Assembly (NCBI GenBank): GCA_031835245.2
Contig: JAVKOQ020000026.1
Span: forward strand, 124,001 to 188,000
Source: Balamuthia mandrillaris
Lineage: Eukaryota
Reading direction: 5' to 3'
DNA length: 64,000 bases
The position numbers and the translations under genes were made by a program. The notes beneath the pieces were generated by a model. It did not search any database, was not told the DNA's origin, and was given only the letters and a program-made list of their open reading frames with translations. This document shows, in pieces, positions 49,215 through 61,200 of the stretch. Numbering within the stretch: position 1 is the first letter of the stretch; the number at the start of each line of letters is the position of its first letter.

Positions 49215-52200
49215 TCACTGGGAGGAAGAAGAAGTAGAAGACTCAACATCCATAGTTGCTTCCGTTTCGCCGGTGGTTGAGGTGGAAGAAGAAGAAGAAG
49301 AAGAAGAAGAAGAAGAAGAATCTTGTTGTTGAGGTGGTGGTTCAGGCTTTCCGCAAGAGAGCTTGTGTCTGCGCCAATCGGCCGTCTGACAGGCAGCACT
49401 GCAGTAAGGCACTTTCCGCTGCACCACTTGACAGCGACTGCAGATCTGAAAGGCTTGAGGCGCCTTCTCCTTCTCGTGGCAGGTTGGATTACTGCATTCA
49501 CGAAGTTCCTCTTGTTCCTCTTCTTCTTTCCTTTTCGTTTCTTCTTCTGAAGATGAAGATGGTGTTGTCGTTGTTGTTGCTTTTGGTTCGGCCACTGCCT
49601 CATGTTCGTCATGATGAGCGGTCAACATGTGGACTTGAAGGTCGTCAAAGGAAGGACAAGAGTGGCGACATTTGGGGCACATGAACATGGAGGGGCTTTT
49701 ACGGAGCGGATAGGCCTCTGCTTCCTCCATCATTTCGCTCACCCGTCCTCCTCCTAGTTGTGGTTGAACAGTTGCCTCACCGCATATAGCCGGATGAATT
49801 GCTGCATCTATTTGTTGTTTATAAAAGGTCATAACCCAAAATAAAACAAAAGAAATAAAAGAGAAGAAGAAAATGAACAATAGTTGAAGTGAAAACAAAC
49901 CTTTTCTTCGATATCTCTGTTTGCACTGCGGACAAAACTCCGTGATCTCTCCACAAGTCATCTCATGGCCCCACTTCTCCACATAGGGCATCTTCATCTC
50001 GCAGTACTCACAGGCGACCATCCTAAACTTGCACTCCTCCGCGTGATGAGCTTCCAGGCGGCCGCTATCCACCTCCTCTCCACAAGCGTCGCATTTAACG
50101 GACGTGTGCTCCTTCTCCATGTGTTGCTGCTGCTCCGTTCGTCTAACAACGGCGGAGCATTTGGGGCAGCACCAGTTGAGGCGAGCACACATTAGGACAT
50201 GGCGGTCGTAGCTGGTGAGGGCCACCTCGTGCAGGCAGTTATCGCAGACTTTGTAGTCCACCCCTTTTTCTAGTTGGGAGGTGTCGAGCCTACCTGCAGC
50301 CTCGCCTTTGCCTTGCGCTTCCTCTCTCGCTCGTTTTTGTCCTTGTTGTTCTTTCTCTTCTTTGGATGTTGTTGTTGAAGAAGCTTCCATGCCAAAACCA
50401 ACTGCTGGTGGGGTAGAAGGTTTGTTGAGTTGACCACGAAGAGGGGGAGCAAACTCGAGGTCGACGTTGGTATCGATGAGGGAGATGGCAGTGCCAGGCG
50501 CCACTTCCAACACGTTGATCTTGTGGAGGCGGCCAGCATGCGTGATGCTCAGCGTTTCCCCAGCAAAGAGGGCCACATAGTTCGGGAGCACCCATTCTAG
50601 AACAGCTTTAGGATTGTCCAGGTTCACAAAGTCAGCTTCATGCGGCTGAAGCTTCGTGTATTTACCCTTTGGAAGTTCTACCCGTCGCAACTTTTGTGTA
50701 ATGCAATTCAGTGTTATTTTTGAGGTGGAAGACAAATGAGCAGACAAGAACTAAAGAACCAGGAAGAAAAAGAAGGAGAAAGACAGACGACGAGGCGAAA
50801 AGGAGATTTTACCTGAACCCTAGCTCCTTCATCAAGACCGAGATTATCCAATATCCAACGAGGCACACAAACGACCTCCTCCTGGCTGGTAAATTCCAAC
50901 ACGCCACAATAAAAGTGCAGCGACTCTTCTCTGTACATCGGTAACTCGGGTGTAGTAGCGTTGTCACCACCATTTTCTTCCCCTTCTGTCGCCTGCGCTT
51001 TCTTCCTCTTTGATCCTCTCGTCGGAGCAGCCGAGAGTTCAAAGAAGATTGTAGACTCTTTTCCAACAATTCCTCCTGTGCTCGCTTTTCTCCAATTGTG
51101 CATCATCGAAGAAGACGACTCCTCCAAGTCTGAATCCGCAGCAGAAGAAGCCAAGTCCTCGATAACGGATTGAGGTAGGATGATCTTTCCACCACGTTCA
51201 ACCTCTGACCTACCAATTGTTGTCGGCGTGGTCGCTCGGAACTCTCTCCAAAAATTGTTGATAGTGGGAAGGCCATAACCTACCGTAGCTGAGGACATGT
51301 CCACTCGTGCTTCGGATTTGATAATGGCCTTTCGCAGCTTTCTTACGATCTCGTAGATAGTCACGCCCGAGTCCCATCCTTTCCTTGTTTTTCCGTTTTT
51401 GTCCTGTCCTTCATTTTCTTCTGCTTCATCTACTTCTGCTTTTGTCTTGTCCTTCTGTTCTTCTTGTATGACATCCATGTTGCTCTCGTTGGATGATGAT
51501 AAGGTAGAGGGAAGATTGTTGAAAGGAGGCTGCAAGTAGAGACCATGACCAATGAAAATGGATTTACCTTCTGGGAACATTTCCAGAAAAGGTCGAACTA
51601 GCCGCAACACAGGAGGAATATGAGGATACTCTATAGGAAACTTCATTTCAACGATAACTGGCGCTTGTTTCACTCTTTGCGTCGTCTTGCTCTCGCTACT
51701 TCCACCATTTCCCCAAGAATAAGAAGCGGAAGAAGAAGAGGAAGAAGAAAGAGCTGATGTAGGATCAACACGAAGAGCATATTCAGTGAGATCTTCTCCT
51801 AGTTTTGTTTCGTAGTCAAAGTTCAAAAGGGTGATCTTCCAGTGATAGAGGTCATCGCCAGAGGGAGCGACGGTGAAGCCCATCTCTGTGGTGTTGCCGA
51901 GCTCTTTCAGGAATTCCATTTCTTGTTTCAAACGTTCGGTGGCTTCTTTGCTGCCTTGAGGGGTCATGTAGACGCGTTCATTCTTGTCATCTGATGTCTG
52001 AGGTCTGTTTTTGCCAACATGAGAAGACAAAAGGGCATTGTGAGAAGAAAGAAGGAATAGAACACAGGAAAAGGAAAGCTACCTAGCCCAAGAGTAGGTA
52101 CCGCGACGAAGATCAACAGGGAAGAACTTGCGTATCTTGGAGGGAACTCTGTTGGGACCCAACACCTCGCTCACAATGTACTGCAGCGCTTTCTCATTGC

Positions 52201-53461
52201 CAAAGCGCATCTTGTTGCGGATCCGTCTCACCCACTCTTCTACCTCATACTGGTGAAAGTTGAGCCGCCCCATAAAGACCCTCAGTTCAGGGATAATATT
52301 CTCCTCCCAATCCAACAAAGATGGATCCACGAACGGCTCTTCCTTTCCAGGCTTGTTCTCGAAGAAGCGATTGCGAAGCAACATAGAACTATAATGATAA
52401 TCGTGTGGCCCAATAACGTCGCTATCATTACCATTCGTCATTGCTGTTGATGAAGAAGAGGAAGAGGAAGTAGGTAAGGCGACATCGGGCATAACAGAGG
52501 CGTTGAACTTTGCTGCAATCATGTTTAGCACTTCGCGAACGGGTAAGAAAAGGTTCTCACTGCTTCGTTCGGCGAGTGTCGCATTTACTGGTGTGATATA
52601 AGCCTCCAATGGAGATCCTTCTTCATGTGCCACAAACTGGTTTTTTTTTTTTTGAAGAGAATAAGAAAAAGAAGAAAGAAGACAAAAGCAAAGAGGAGTT
52701 ACTACCATAGGAGTCCACTCGTGAGAAAAGAAGATCTGACAAGGATAGTATTCGGGGCCAAGAGTGATGTCCACCTGGAAGCGATCCTCATGAACAGACA
52801 ACAGGTTGAGGTTCATATAGCCGTGCTTTTCCTTCCAATCCTCTATCTCTCGTTTGACTCGCTTCGCTCCCTCCGTCTGTAGTCCAATCTCTTCCTCTCC
52901 TTCTTTATCCGGCTTCTCTTCTTCCTCAATCGTGTTTCCTACTTCTTCATTTTCTTCTTCTGTTTTCTCTTTTTCTTCTTTTTTGGTGGTTAACTCCTCT
53001 TTTTTGCTCTCCTCCAGCGCCATGTTCTCTTCTTTCCTTCCTCCGTCTTCTGTTTGTTGCTTCTCCTGCTTGAACCGTGGGTCCAGCATGCCTTCCGCTC
53101 GTGTGAGAAAGTCCGTAAGACCCCTTTGAGGATTCATCTGTACGTGCATGTTTGCCAACATCATAAACTCGCTCAGTTCCTCTGCTTCGCTGGTCAAATG
53201 CTTTTGGTTTTTTGTTGTGGAGTGAGTGTTAGCCTAACGTCCCATCACAAGAGGAAAAAACTCTTTCTCTCACACGCTCTCTTCGAATAAAAAATAAAAA
53301 ACCATTGGTTTGAGCGTGTTCTCTTCCAAGAAGAGCTTGCACAGCCGATCCGCCACCGTAAAGTCCCAGGTCTTCTCCTCCACATCGACCGCAACGCTGG
53401 CAAAGGGAGAGCCCGGGTGCGCGTTCATCCACCGCTCTATTTCCTCCTTGACTTTATTCAT
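49215..53461 (-). CDS. Multidomain ubiquitin-system protein: UBC/UEV-like + UFD1 + TRAF-type zinc fingers + UBZ-like + MYND
   Basis: ATERLKQEM...DDLYHWKITL...MKFPIEYPHIPPVLRLVRP; GGKIILPQS...CGVLEFT...LPKGKYTKLQP...AISLIDTNVDLEFAPP; Cys/His repeats; CPKCRHSCPSFDDLQVHMLTAH; CSRC...YCSAACQTADWRRHKLSC. Confidence 0.75.
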
Positions 53462-54017
53462 ATTTCTTTGTTTACCTCTACTGCTCACTCCCACTGTTGG
53501 CCGAGCAAAGAAAAAACAGATCAGTAAAGGAGAGAGAGAGAGAGAGAAAGAAAGAGAGAGAATGAGAGGGCCAACCACTCGCTCCGATATTTTTTGCTTT
53601 CGCTCTACTTGCTCACTTATTTTTTTTTCCTTCTCCGAAATAGGGAAATTTCAATGCGTCGTCAAAAATATCTTTCAGAGAAACTTGTCTCTGCCTGAAA
53701 AGAAATGGCAAGGGAAAAAAGGGCCCGCAAAAGCGTCCCCGCGCTTCCCTGCTACTTTTAGCGGGGGAAAATTAGTGTCGACAAGGACCACTGCCAAACC
53801 AAACCAATGCGCGTTGGACAACTGCTTGAATCATTGTCGACATCCAGGATTACGTCACATTATTCGTCGACAATATCCTCTCTCCTCTCTCCTCTCTCCT
53901 CTCTCCTCCTCCTCTCTCTCTCTCTCTCCCTCTCTCCTCTCTGCTCTCTCCTCTCTGCTCTCTCCTCTCTCCTCTCTCCTCTCTCCATGCGCATGAGCCG
54001 ACCTCTCTTTTTGTTTT

Positions 54018-54864
54018 TCAACTGGATTGTGTAAGCTTTGCAATGCGAGAGCCTTGTCTGACAAGGGTGCTCTTGGCCTTGCCGATGAAAGAGCCCTTAT
54101 TGTTGCTGCTGGCGTCCTCTGGTTGTGATTCCTCCGGTTTGCCCAATTCGTTCTCTGCTTGTTCCTCGTCCTCGGGTTGGTCTATAACCAGCTGGATGGT
54201 GTCGACCCATTCGGAGCGCTCCTCCTCCGAGGAAGCTGCCAAATGGGCGACGTTATGGCCGTCGGCCGAGGCCACGCTGAACACAAAGGGTTTGCTGGGG
54301 AATGCCTTCTCGTCTTCCTTGCGGACGATGCAGCCATGCAGGGACATCGGAAGAATGGTCAATGTGTTCTGTTCGTGATTTTCATGAGTATTTGTTTGCA
54401 GGAGAAAAAAAAAAGGACGGAACGTAGAAGAGACAAACGTACTGTCTTGTTGCGATACATGGCAAGCTCTTTGTATGTGCAGAAGGAGTTAAAGCGTAAA
54501 AACATTAAAGCGAGAGGGAGAGAAGAGAACAGGAAAAAAAAAAAGAAAACAGGATATTTCAGTCGGTAGTATCGCTTCTGCCAGGTTTCTGTTTTCGAGC
54601 GCAACCTTCCCTTTTTGCCCCGTTTGAGCTGTCACCAGTTGTGTGGTTCGCGAATGAAGAAAACGGATCAGCATCATATTAAAAAAAAATACCAAAAAAC
54701 GACGATGGTACCAGCTCTAATGGGCCTTCCAGCACGACTTGGTGGTGAGGGATGATAACAACCCTTTCCTCCTCTTCGCTCTCTTCAAGATCATCTTCCT
54801 CCAGGCGCTCCTCCTCCTCCTCCTCTCGCTGCGAAGACACCACCGCGTTGGTTGTCTCTTTCAT
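54018..54864 (-). CDS. Small PH-domain protein
   Basis: Spliced VLEGPLELLKRGKKG...WQKRYYRLKYKELAMYR...LHGCIV...PFVFSV...HLAASSEEERSEWVDTI. Confidence 0.8.
54477..54557 (-). other. Candidate U12-type (minor spliceosome) AT-AC intron
   Basis: 5' end ATATCCTG, branch-like GCTTTAAC followed by 11 nt ending in 3' GCAC; removal restores the in-frame PH strands RLKYKELAMY. Confidence 0.7.
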
Positions 54865-54993
54865 TTTTCTTTCTTTGCAAAGAATGCGAGATATTCAAAA
54901 AATGTTAGCAATGCTTAAAATGATAAATATGCGCGTTATTCGAAATATGAAGAATGCCGGCAATGTTAAGAATGCGAAGAGAACGAAAGGAAG

Positions 54994-55309
54994 ATGAGCG
55001 AGGCACATGGGAGGCAGGCAGGGCCACGACGAAGAGCGTTTGGAGCGAGCCACAACGAACCCGCTTCTCCTCCTTACCTCCAAGCGAGCCGCGCTTCCGT
55101 TGTGGTCCCTGTCGAGCCCGTGACGTCCCCGCTCCCCGCATTGCTCACCCTCCTGGCCGCGGTCTTTGCGATCGGTGCACTCACTGCCTCCCTGGGCGCC
55201 TCCAACGTGACCTTGGAATGCCGGCCCGGGAAATACCTTCCCATCGATGCAACTAGACCCCCTGTCACTGACTCCGCGCCGAGGTTATCTTGCTCTCGCT
55301 CTTGACACT

Positions 55310-55352
<43 letters not shown>

Positions 55353-55967
55353 GTTCGTTCAACTGATCACGAAGAAACTGCCGATCGTTCCATAAAAGAT
55401 AGGCCGGGGGAATGTGTGCTCTCTTGGGAATATGCTTTCGGCAAAGTACACCTCTTGTCGATGGACGAGCGCTTCCCCATCGCCGCCTTCAGGTCGGTGC
55501 AAGTGGAGAAGAGCGGCAAGTACAGCGACAGAGTTTTTCTGGTCCTCTCTTTCCCAAAGGAGGGGAAAACGGGCTCAGATGAAAGAGTCATTTCTCTTCA
55601 CAGTCACTTCTCGTACATTCTCTTTCGTCTTTCGTCTTTCTTCATTCTTCTCTCCGTCTCGTTCTCACCCTCTGTTCTTTGTCTTCTTTGTTCTGCTTAC
55701 ATTTCTTTTTCTTTATTCCACAAGCCTTGGCATTGGTTCCAACAACAGTCAAACAGCACAAGAGCTCGCACAAAAGTTGCACATTCTCACCACGAGGCAC
55801 GTCAGCACTGGCCTACGCTATGTCGAAGAGTGGTCCACCTCTCTCATCGTCATCGGAGCTGTGTATGTCTTCCTTCTGTCTTGTTGCTTCATCTATTCTG
55901 GTTGTTAATTCTTCTATCTGCTTTTAAAAATGTAGATTGTGTGGTGGAAGTTTGTTGGGCATGGTGA
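54994..55967 (+). CDS. Hypothetical membrane protein (two hydrophobic segments)
   Basis: LLTLLAAVFAIGALTASL and LIVIGAVYVFLLSCCFIY in GC-rich exons separated by CT-rich introns; 3' end uncertain. Confidence 0.5.
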
Positions 55968-56129
55968 GTGCGTTGGTATGGGTAACCTATCGTCTTGTTG
56001 TCCTACGGAAAAAACGTCAACAAAAAAGACGAAGAGGGATGATTCGACGATGAACAAAACAAAAAACTGAAATGACTCGTTATCAACGTACCTTTTGTAC
56101 GAACGGCGTGAGCATCGTTTTTTTTTGTT

Positions 56130-57769
56130 TCACTTCCACAACTGCTCCCAAAAGGAAGAGATGGTATCAGAGCGTTCATTTGCTAGACGGGGTGAAGAAG
56201 CTGAGGAAGGAGTGGGAGAAGCAGATGGTGGTGAACTACGACTGCCAAGACGAAAGTTGGATACGGGAGAAGAAGGAGAACGCTTTTGAGAATGACTGCC
56301 TTCCAACCAAGAAGAAGAGGAAGCAGAAGACGCGATAGGAGAAGAGGAATTCGAAGTTGCAGAAGAAAGCGGGGATGCAAACACCGAAACAGCACGGCGT
56401 GGTCGGATAATAACCTCGTCATCGTCACCTTCAACTTCTTCATCTTCATTTCTCTCGTGTGCATTTCCATTGCTAAGAATGCTGGATGTTGATAAAGGGA
56501 GAACAGCAACACTGTTATGCCGTTGCCGAGAAGCAGTCGACAAAGGGGCAAACGATAAGATATCAACTTCTCCTCTTCTCCCGCTCTCCTTTTGGCGTTT
56601 GCGCTTTTCTTGGAGACGAGCAATGTCCTTCTTCAACACTGTGATGCACTTGTCCTTCACTTCAAGCTTTTCACTAAGCTCCTCGATTTCGTGCTCGCAG
56701 ATGTCGATGTGCTCGTCCTTCACCATCAGCTCCACCTGTTGCTGCCGCCGGAGCTCCGCCATTTGTGCTAACTCTTTTTCAGCTCGCATCACCCGTTCGC
56801 GAAGCTCTCTTTCGCTTCGTTTAAGCTCCTCATTCTCTCGCTTTAGTGCTGCTTCTTGCTCATTGTGGAGCTGAGTTTGGCGCTCTTCTTTCCATGCCTG
56901 TCGTTTCAGCTCTCTGCCCCTTCTTTCCATTCGGTCCTGTTCTTCTTCATATTCTTCGTCATCTATTGTTGGTAAAGCCAAGTCGTACGTTCGTTTCACT
57001 CTCTCTATTTCCTGTTCGATCGAATTCACAGGATAAGTTTCGACAACGAGTTCATCTCTTTCTTCTTTCTTTGTTGTTGGCCTTTCGTCTTCCTCTTCTT
57101 CTGTTAGCTTAAGCTGTTGTTGAACCTGCTCGACGATTTGCTGTTTAACTTGAACCATTTGCGCAGTCTCTCGTTCCATTTCTTCGGCCAGTTCCGTCAC
57201 GTATCTCTCCAGGGTGTTCTTCTCTGCCTCCAGCGACTTTACTTGCCTGCTCTCATCTTCCAAAAGAAGCTTGCACTGAGCGGAGAAGAAATGTGTAAGC
57301 TTAGAGACGAAGGAAGGAAGGAAGGAAGAACTCAGAGAAGAGAGGGGAGAGGCGTTACTTCTAAAAGTTCTTCCTCTAGTTTGCCCCTTTCCTGTTTGAC
57401 CTGCTCCAATGCTTCCGTTTTGGACTGCAGCATGGCCTTGTAATGCGTAAGCTGGTTCAACAGCTGCGACTTTGGCAGGCGCTTCATGGCCTCGTACGTC
57501 CCAGAGCGCTCCCTGGAGATGTTGTTCCTTACGCGCTGCCGCAGCGCGGGGGGCTTTTGCGAGCCTCCTTCCAACCGTTGTTTGGCTTCCTCCTCTTCCC
57601 CGCCCTCGCATTGTCGCTCCTGTTCGTCCCGTTTTCTCGCGTTGAGCAAGGCTACATACTCTTGGCTCAAGTACTTGGTGAACCTGGATTCTTGTTCTTG
57701 CTCTTGTTCTTCACCTTGCGGTTCTGAAGACACACAGACGTCCTCCGCATGTTCCTTATCACTCTGCAT
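56130..57769 (-). CDS. Hypothetical coiled-coil protein
   Basis: E/K/R/Q-rich heptad-like exons joined by one intron (~57358-57279); Ser-rich C-terminus. Confidence 0.6.
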
Positions 57770-57970
57770 CCACTCCTTTTTTTTTTTACTTCCCTGTAAT
57801 GCATTCCTGTCATTCCTGTCATTGCTGTCATTGCTGTCATTGCTGTCATGTTTATAATTCTCTCTTATCTTCTCTCCTGTCCATCCAGCCAGCCAATCAA
57901 AAATCAAAAATATGGAGTGGCATGAGGAGTCCCGCTATTAATTTGTCGTAAAAAAAGGACACGCAAGCAA

Positions 57971-58012
<42 letters not shown>

Positions 58013-58271
58013 AAGCGAAAAGAAGAACAAAAAAAGAAAACTCCATTCTCTCGATCTCTCCTTTGGCGTTTGAAAAAAAAAGTGAAAAAAAGAAGAACTT
58101 TGGGCCAAAAATAAACAGCGGTTATTTATTCGCTTCGTGTTTGGTACCTGCTTTCTCCCCTCTCTTTTGATCTCCCTCTTTTAATGATTGACATTTGTGT
58201 GCCTTCTCCCCTTCTTTTGTTCCGCAAACGTTTAGTTCCACTCCCCATCTGTGTTGTTCATCTTTGCCATC

Positions 58272-61200
58272 ATGAACAAGGAACACAGTATCTATGTGAG
58301 AGTCAACAGCAAAGAAGCTACTGACATCAATCATGAGGATCACGACTCCAAAAAACGTAGCAGTGGCCGTTCCTCGTGGAGCCTGGACTCAGCCTGGCGG
58401 TTAGGCGTGGAGGAAGTGGTGGAGTTCATGCAGAGCGACTCCCAGGCGGGTCTCACGGAGCGGGAGGCCGAGCTCCGCCTCCAACAGTTGGGTCCCAACA
58501 GCCTGGTGGCCAAGGAGCAAGAGTCCCTTGTCATCAAGTACCTGGAGCAGTTCAAGGAGCCGCTCATCCTGCTGCTGCTCTGCTCCTGCCTCGTTTCAGT
58601 ACTGATCGGGGAGCTGGCGGATGCCTTTGGCATCTTCATTGCTGTCTGCACAGTCAACACGGTGGGCTTCATCCAGGAGTACCGGTCAGAGAAGAGCGTG
58701 GAAGCGCTGCAGAACTTGGTGGCCCATCGCACGCACGTGCTGCGGGACGGCCAACCCAGGGAAGTGCTGGCGGAGAGCCTTGTGCCTGGGGATTTGGTGG
58801 TGCTGAACGTGGGTGACCGCGTGCCAGCAGACCTTCGTCTCATTGAGACCATAAATCTGGAGCTGGACGAGTCCATTTTGACGGGAGAGACAGAGCCTTC
58901 TGTCAAGTGCACAGAACAACTTTCTTCTTCCTCTTCTCCCTCTTCTTCCTCTTCTTCTGTGCCTGAAGGTGGAATTTTGGAAGGACGGCCGAGACGAGAC
59001 ACGGAAGAGTTCCAACTGGCAGAACGCTCCAACATGGCGTACATGGGGACAATCACCGTCAATGGCAAGGGCAAGGGCCTGGTGGTAGCCACTAGTACCG
59101 CCACTGAACTGGGCAGGATCTGGGAGGCCATCACCAGCATGGGAGAGAAGCGCACGCCCCTCCAGCTGAAAATGGATCAACTGGGCAAGCAGCTCTCCCT
59201 TGCGGCCTTCGTCATCGTGGGAGTCATTTTCATTCTAGGAGCCATACAGGGTAAGCCATTGTTGCAAATGTTCACGATCGGAGTGAGCTTGGCTGTGGCC
59301 GCCATTCCTGAGGGCCTCCCCATCGTGGTGACAGTCACGTTGGCCTTGGGAGTGACCCGAATGGCTAATCGTCACGCTATCGTGCGGAAGCTCCCTGCCG
59401 TGGAGGCATTGGGAGCCACCACCGCCATTTGCAGCGACAAGACGGGCACGCTGACCAAGAACGAGATGACGGTGCGGCGCCTGTTCACCACGGAGTTCAT
59501 TTCAGTCAGCGGGGAGGGATATCATCACCAGTTCTGGCAGCAGCCCCAAGGAGAGTTCTTCAGGGAGGGGTGTGACCAGCCGTTTGACCCTGCTCAGGAT
59601 CCTCATCTCATGCAACTGATTCAGGTATGTTGTTGCTTGTTGCTTGTTAACTGGTTGTGCAAAAATGGTAGATATCCCACCCCACGACCATAAACTTCCC
59701 ACCCCACCGATAAAAATTCCACCCCTCAGGTAAAAGTCCCAACCTATTAGGGTGACATGAATTATGAGTAACTCTATCGTTACATTGCTACTGTGTTTCT
59801 CTTTGCTTGGCGAGAGGAATAACCGTTGTAAAAGAAACTGTCAGGAATTGAAAGCATGCTGTATCCTTGGTCAACGGTTATTCCTCTCACCATTCTTGCC
59901 CGCCATACTTTTCTTTTTGTTCCCGCCTTTTTTTTTCAATAACGTTACCGTTACTTTTTCTTGGGTTGTAACAAGGTCTTCTTCTTTAACTTTTTTCTTT
60001 CAACTAGAAACAGCTACACACAACCATCACACACCTTTTTTGTTTGTTTGGCTTTTTGTTTTTTCCTTTTTTTTTTTCTCATTATGGAAGCGAAGAAAAA
60101 AAGATTTGCCGAGATTTACGGGTGGATTTTTGAACGAAAGGTTCCATTGCAGCAGCTTTCACGGTTGTACAATGGTGGAGAGGATGCTCCGCCCTTTTAT
60201 CGAGTCCAATGGAGATCAACTCGTGGGCTTACAAAGCGAACAGGAGTGAAGGTGCTTAGTAATCCGCGGACCACCCTTGAAGGAGTGAAAGTGTTGGTGG
60301 CGCCTAAAGTCAAGAAGGTGAAGAATGGGGTCCTTGAGGTTGCACTCAGCGAGAATCTTCACTGCTCTGGCGGCTTTGCCTGTGCTCCTCCTGCAAGAGG
60401 AAAGAAGAACAAAAAACTAAAGGACTGTGAAGTACAAAGCCGTTGGGTGGTGTTTAGAGATGAGCTAAACACTGCCTACATCTACATCCAGAAGGAAGCC
60501 CAAAGCCACGGACCTGGGTTTTGCGCGCCTTCCGCTTTGCCTATGACACCTGCGCTTCGGCAGTGGCTCCGCCAGATGGATGGGCAAGGAACAAAAGAAG
60601 ACGGAATGAATGGGAGAGGAGGAGCAATGACGGCGCACGAGCTGCAACGAATGTTGCTGGGGGGCGCTTGTGAGCTGGTCAAGGATGCTCGGGATGTACC
60701 CACTGTGCAGGAGATTGCCACTGTAATCCACAACGGAAGGAAAAAACTGCGAATCGGCAAGAAAGGGCAAACCAGAGCAGAAGCCCTCCAAGAGGCCTTG
60801 AATCGGCCAGAACTGGCTTCTACTATCCTTTTCCCACCTTTGGAGAGCCGTGAAACGTACATCCTTGATCGCACGGCGGCCCGTCGGCCATGGATGATTT
60901 TTCTGATCGCGCCTTATGCAGTCACTGTGCTTCAGCGATGGGGTAAGGATGTAGTCGGCCTGGACAGCATCTACAAGCTATCCAAGTCACATCACCCCGT
61001 TTGGGCACTGGTGGTGCAAGATGACTTGGGACGGAGCTGGCCTGTTGCCTTCGCTGTTGCTAGCAAGGAACGCGCAGCAGTTGTGCGCTTTTTCCTTTCG
61101 TCTGTTCGTCACTTTTTTGAGACACAGACGACAACGATCTACTCCCCAAAACCTACGTGGCAACCCTTCGTAATGATCGACAAAGACAAGGTGGAGCGTA

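Noticed and set aside
59862..59869. GTATCCTT U12-like donor inside the MULE 5' region
   Set aside because: No associated exon or matching branch/acceptor could be identified; probably chance.
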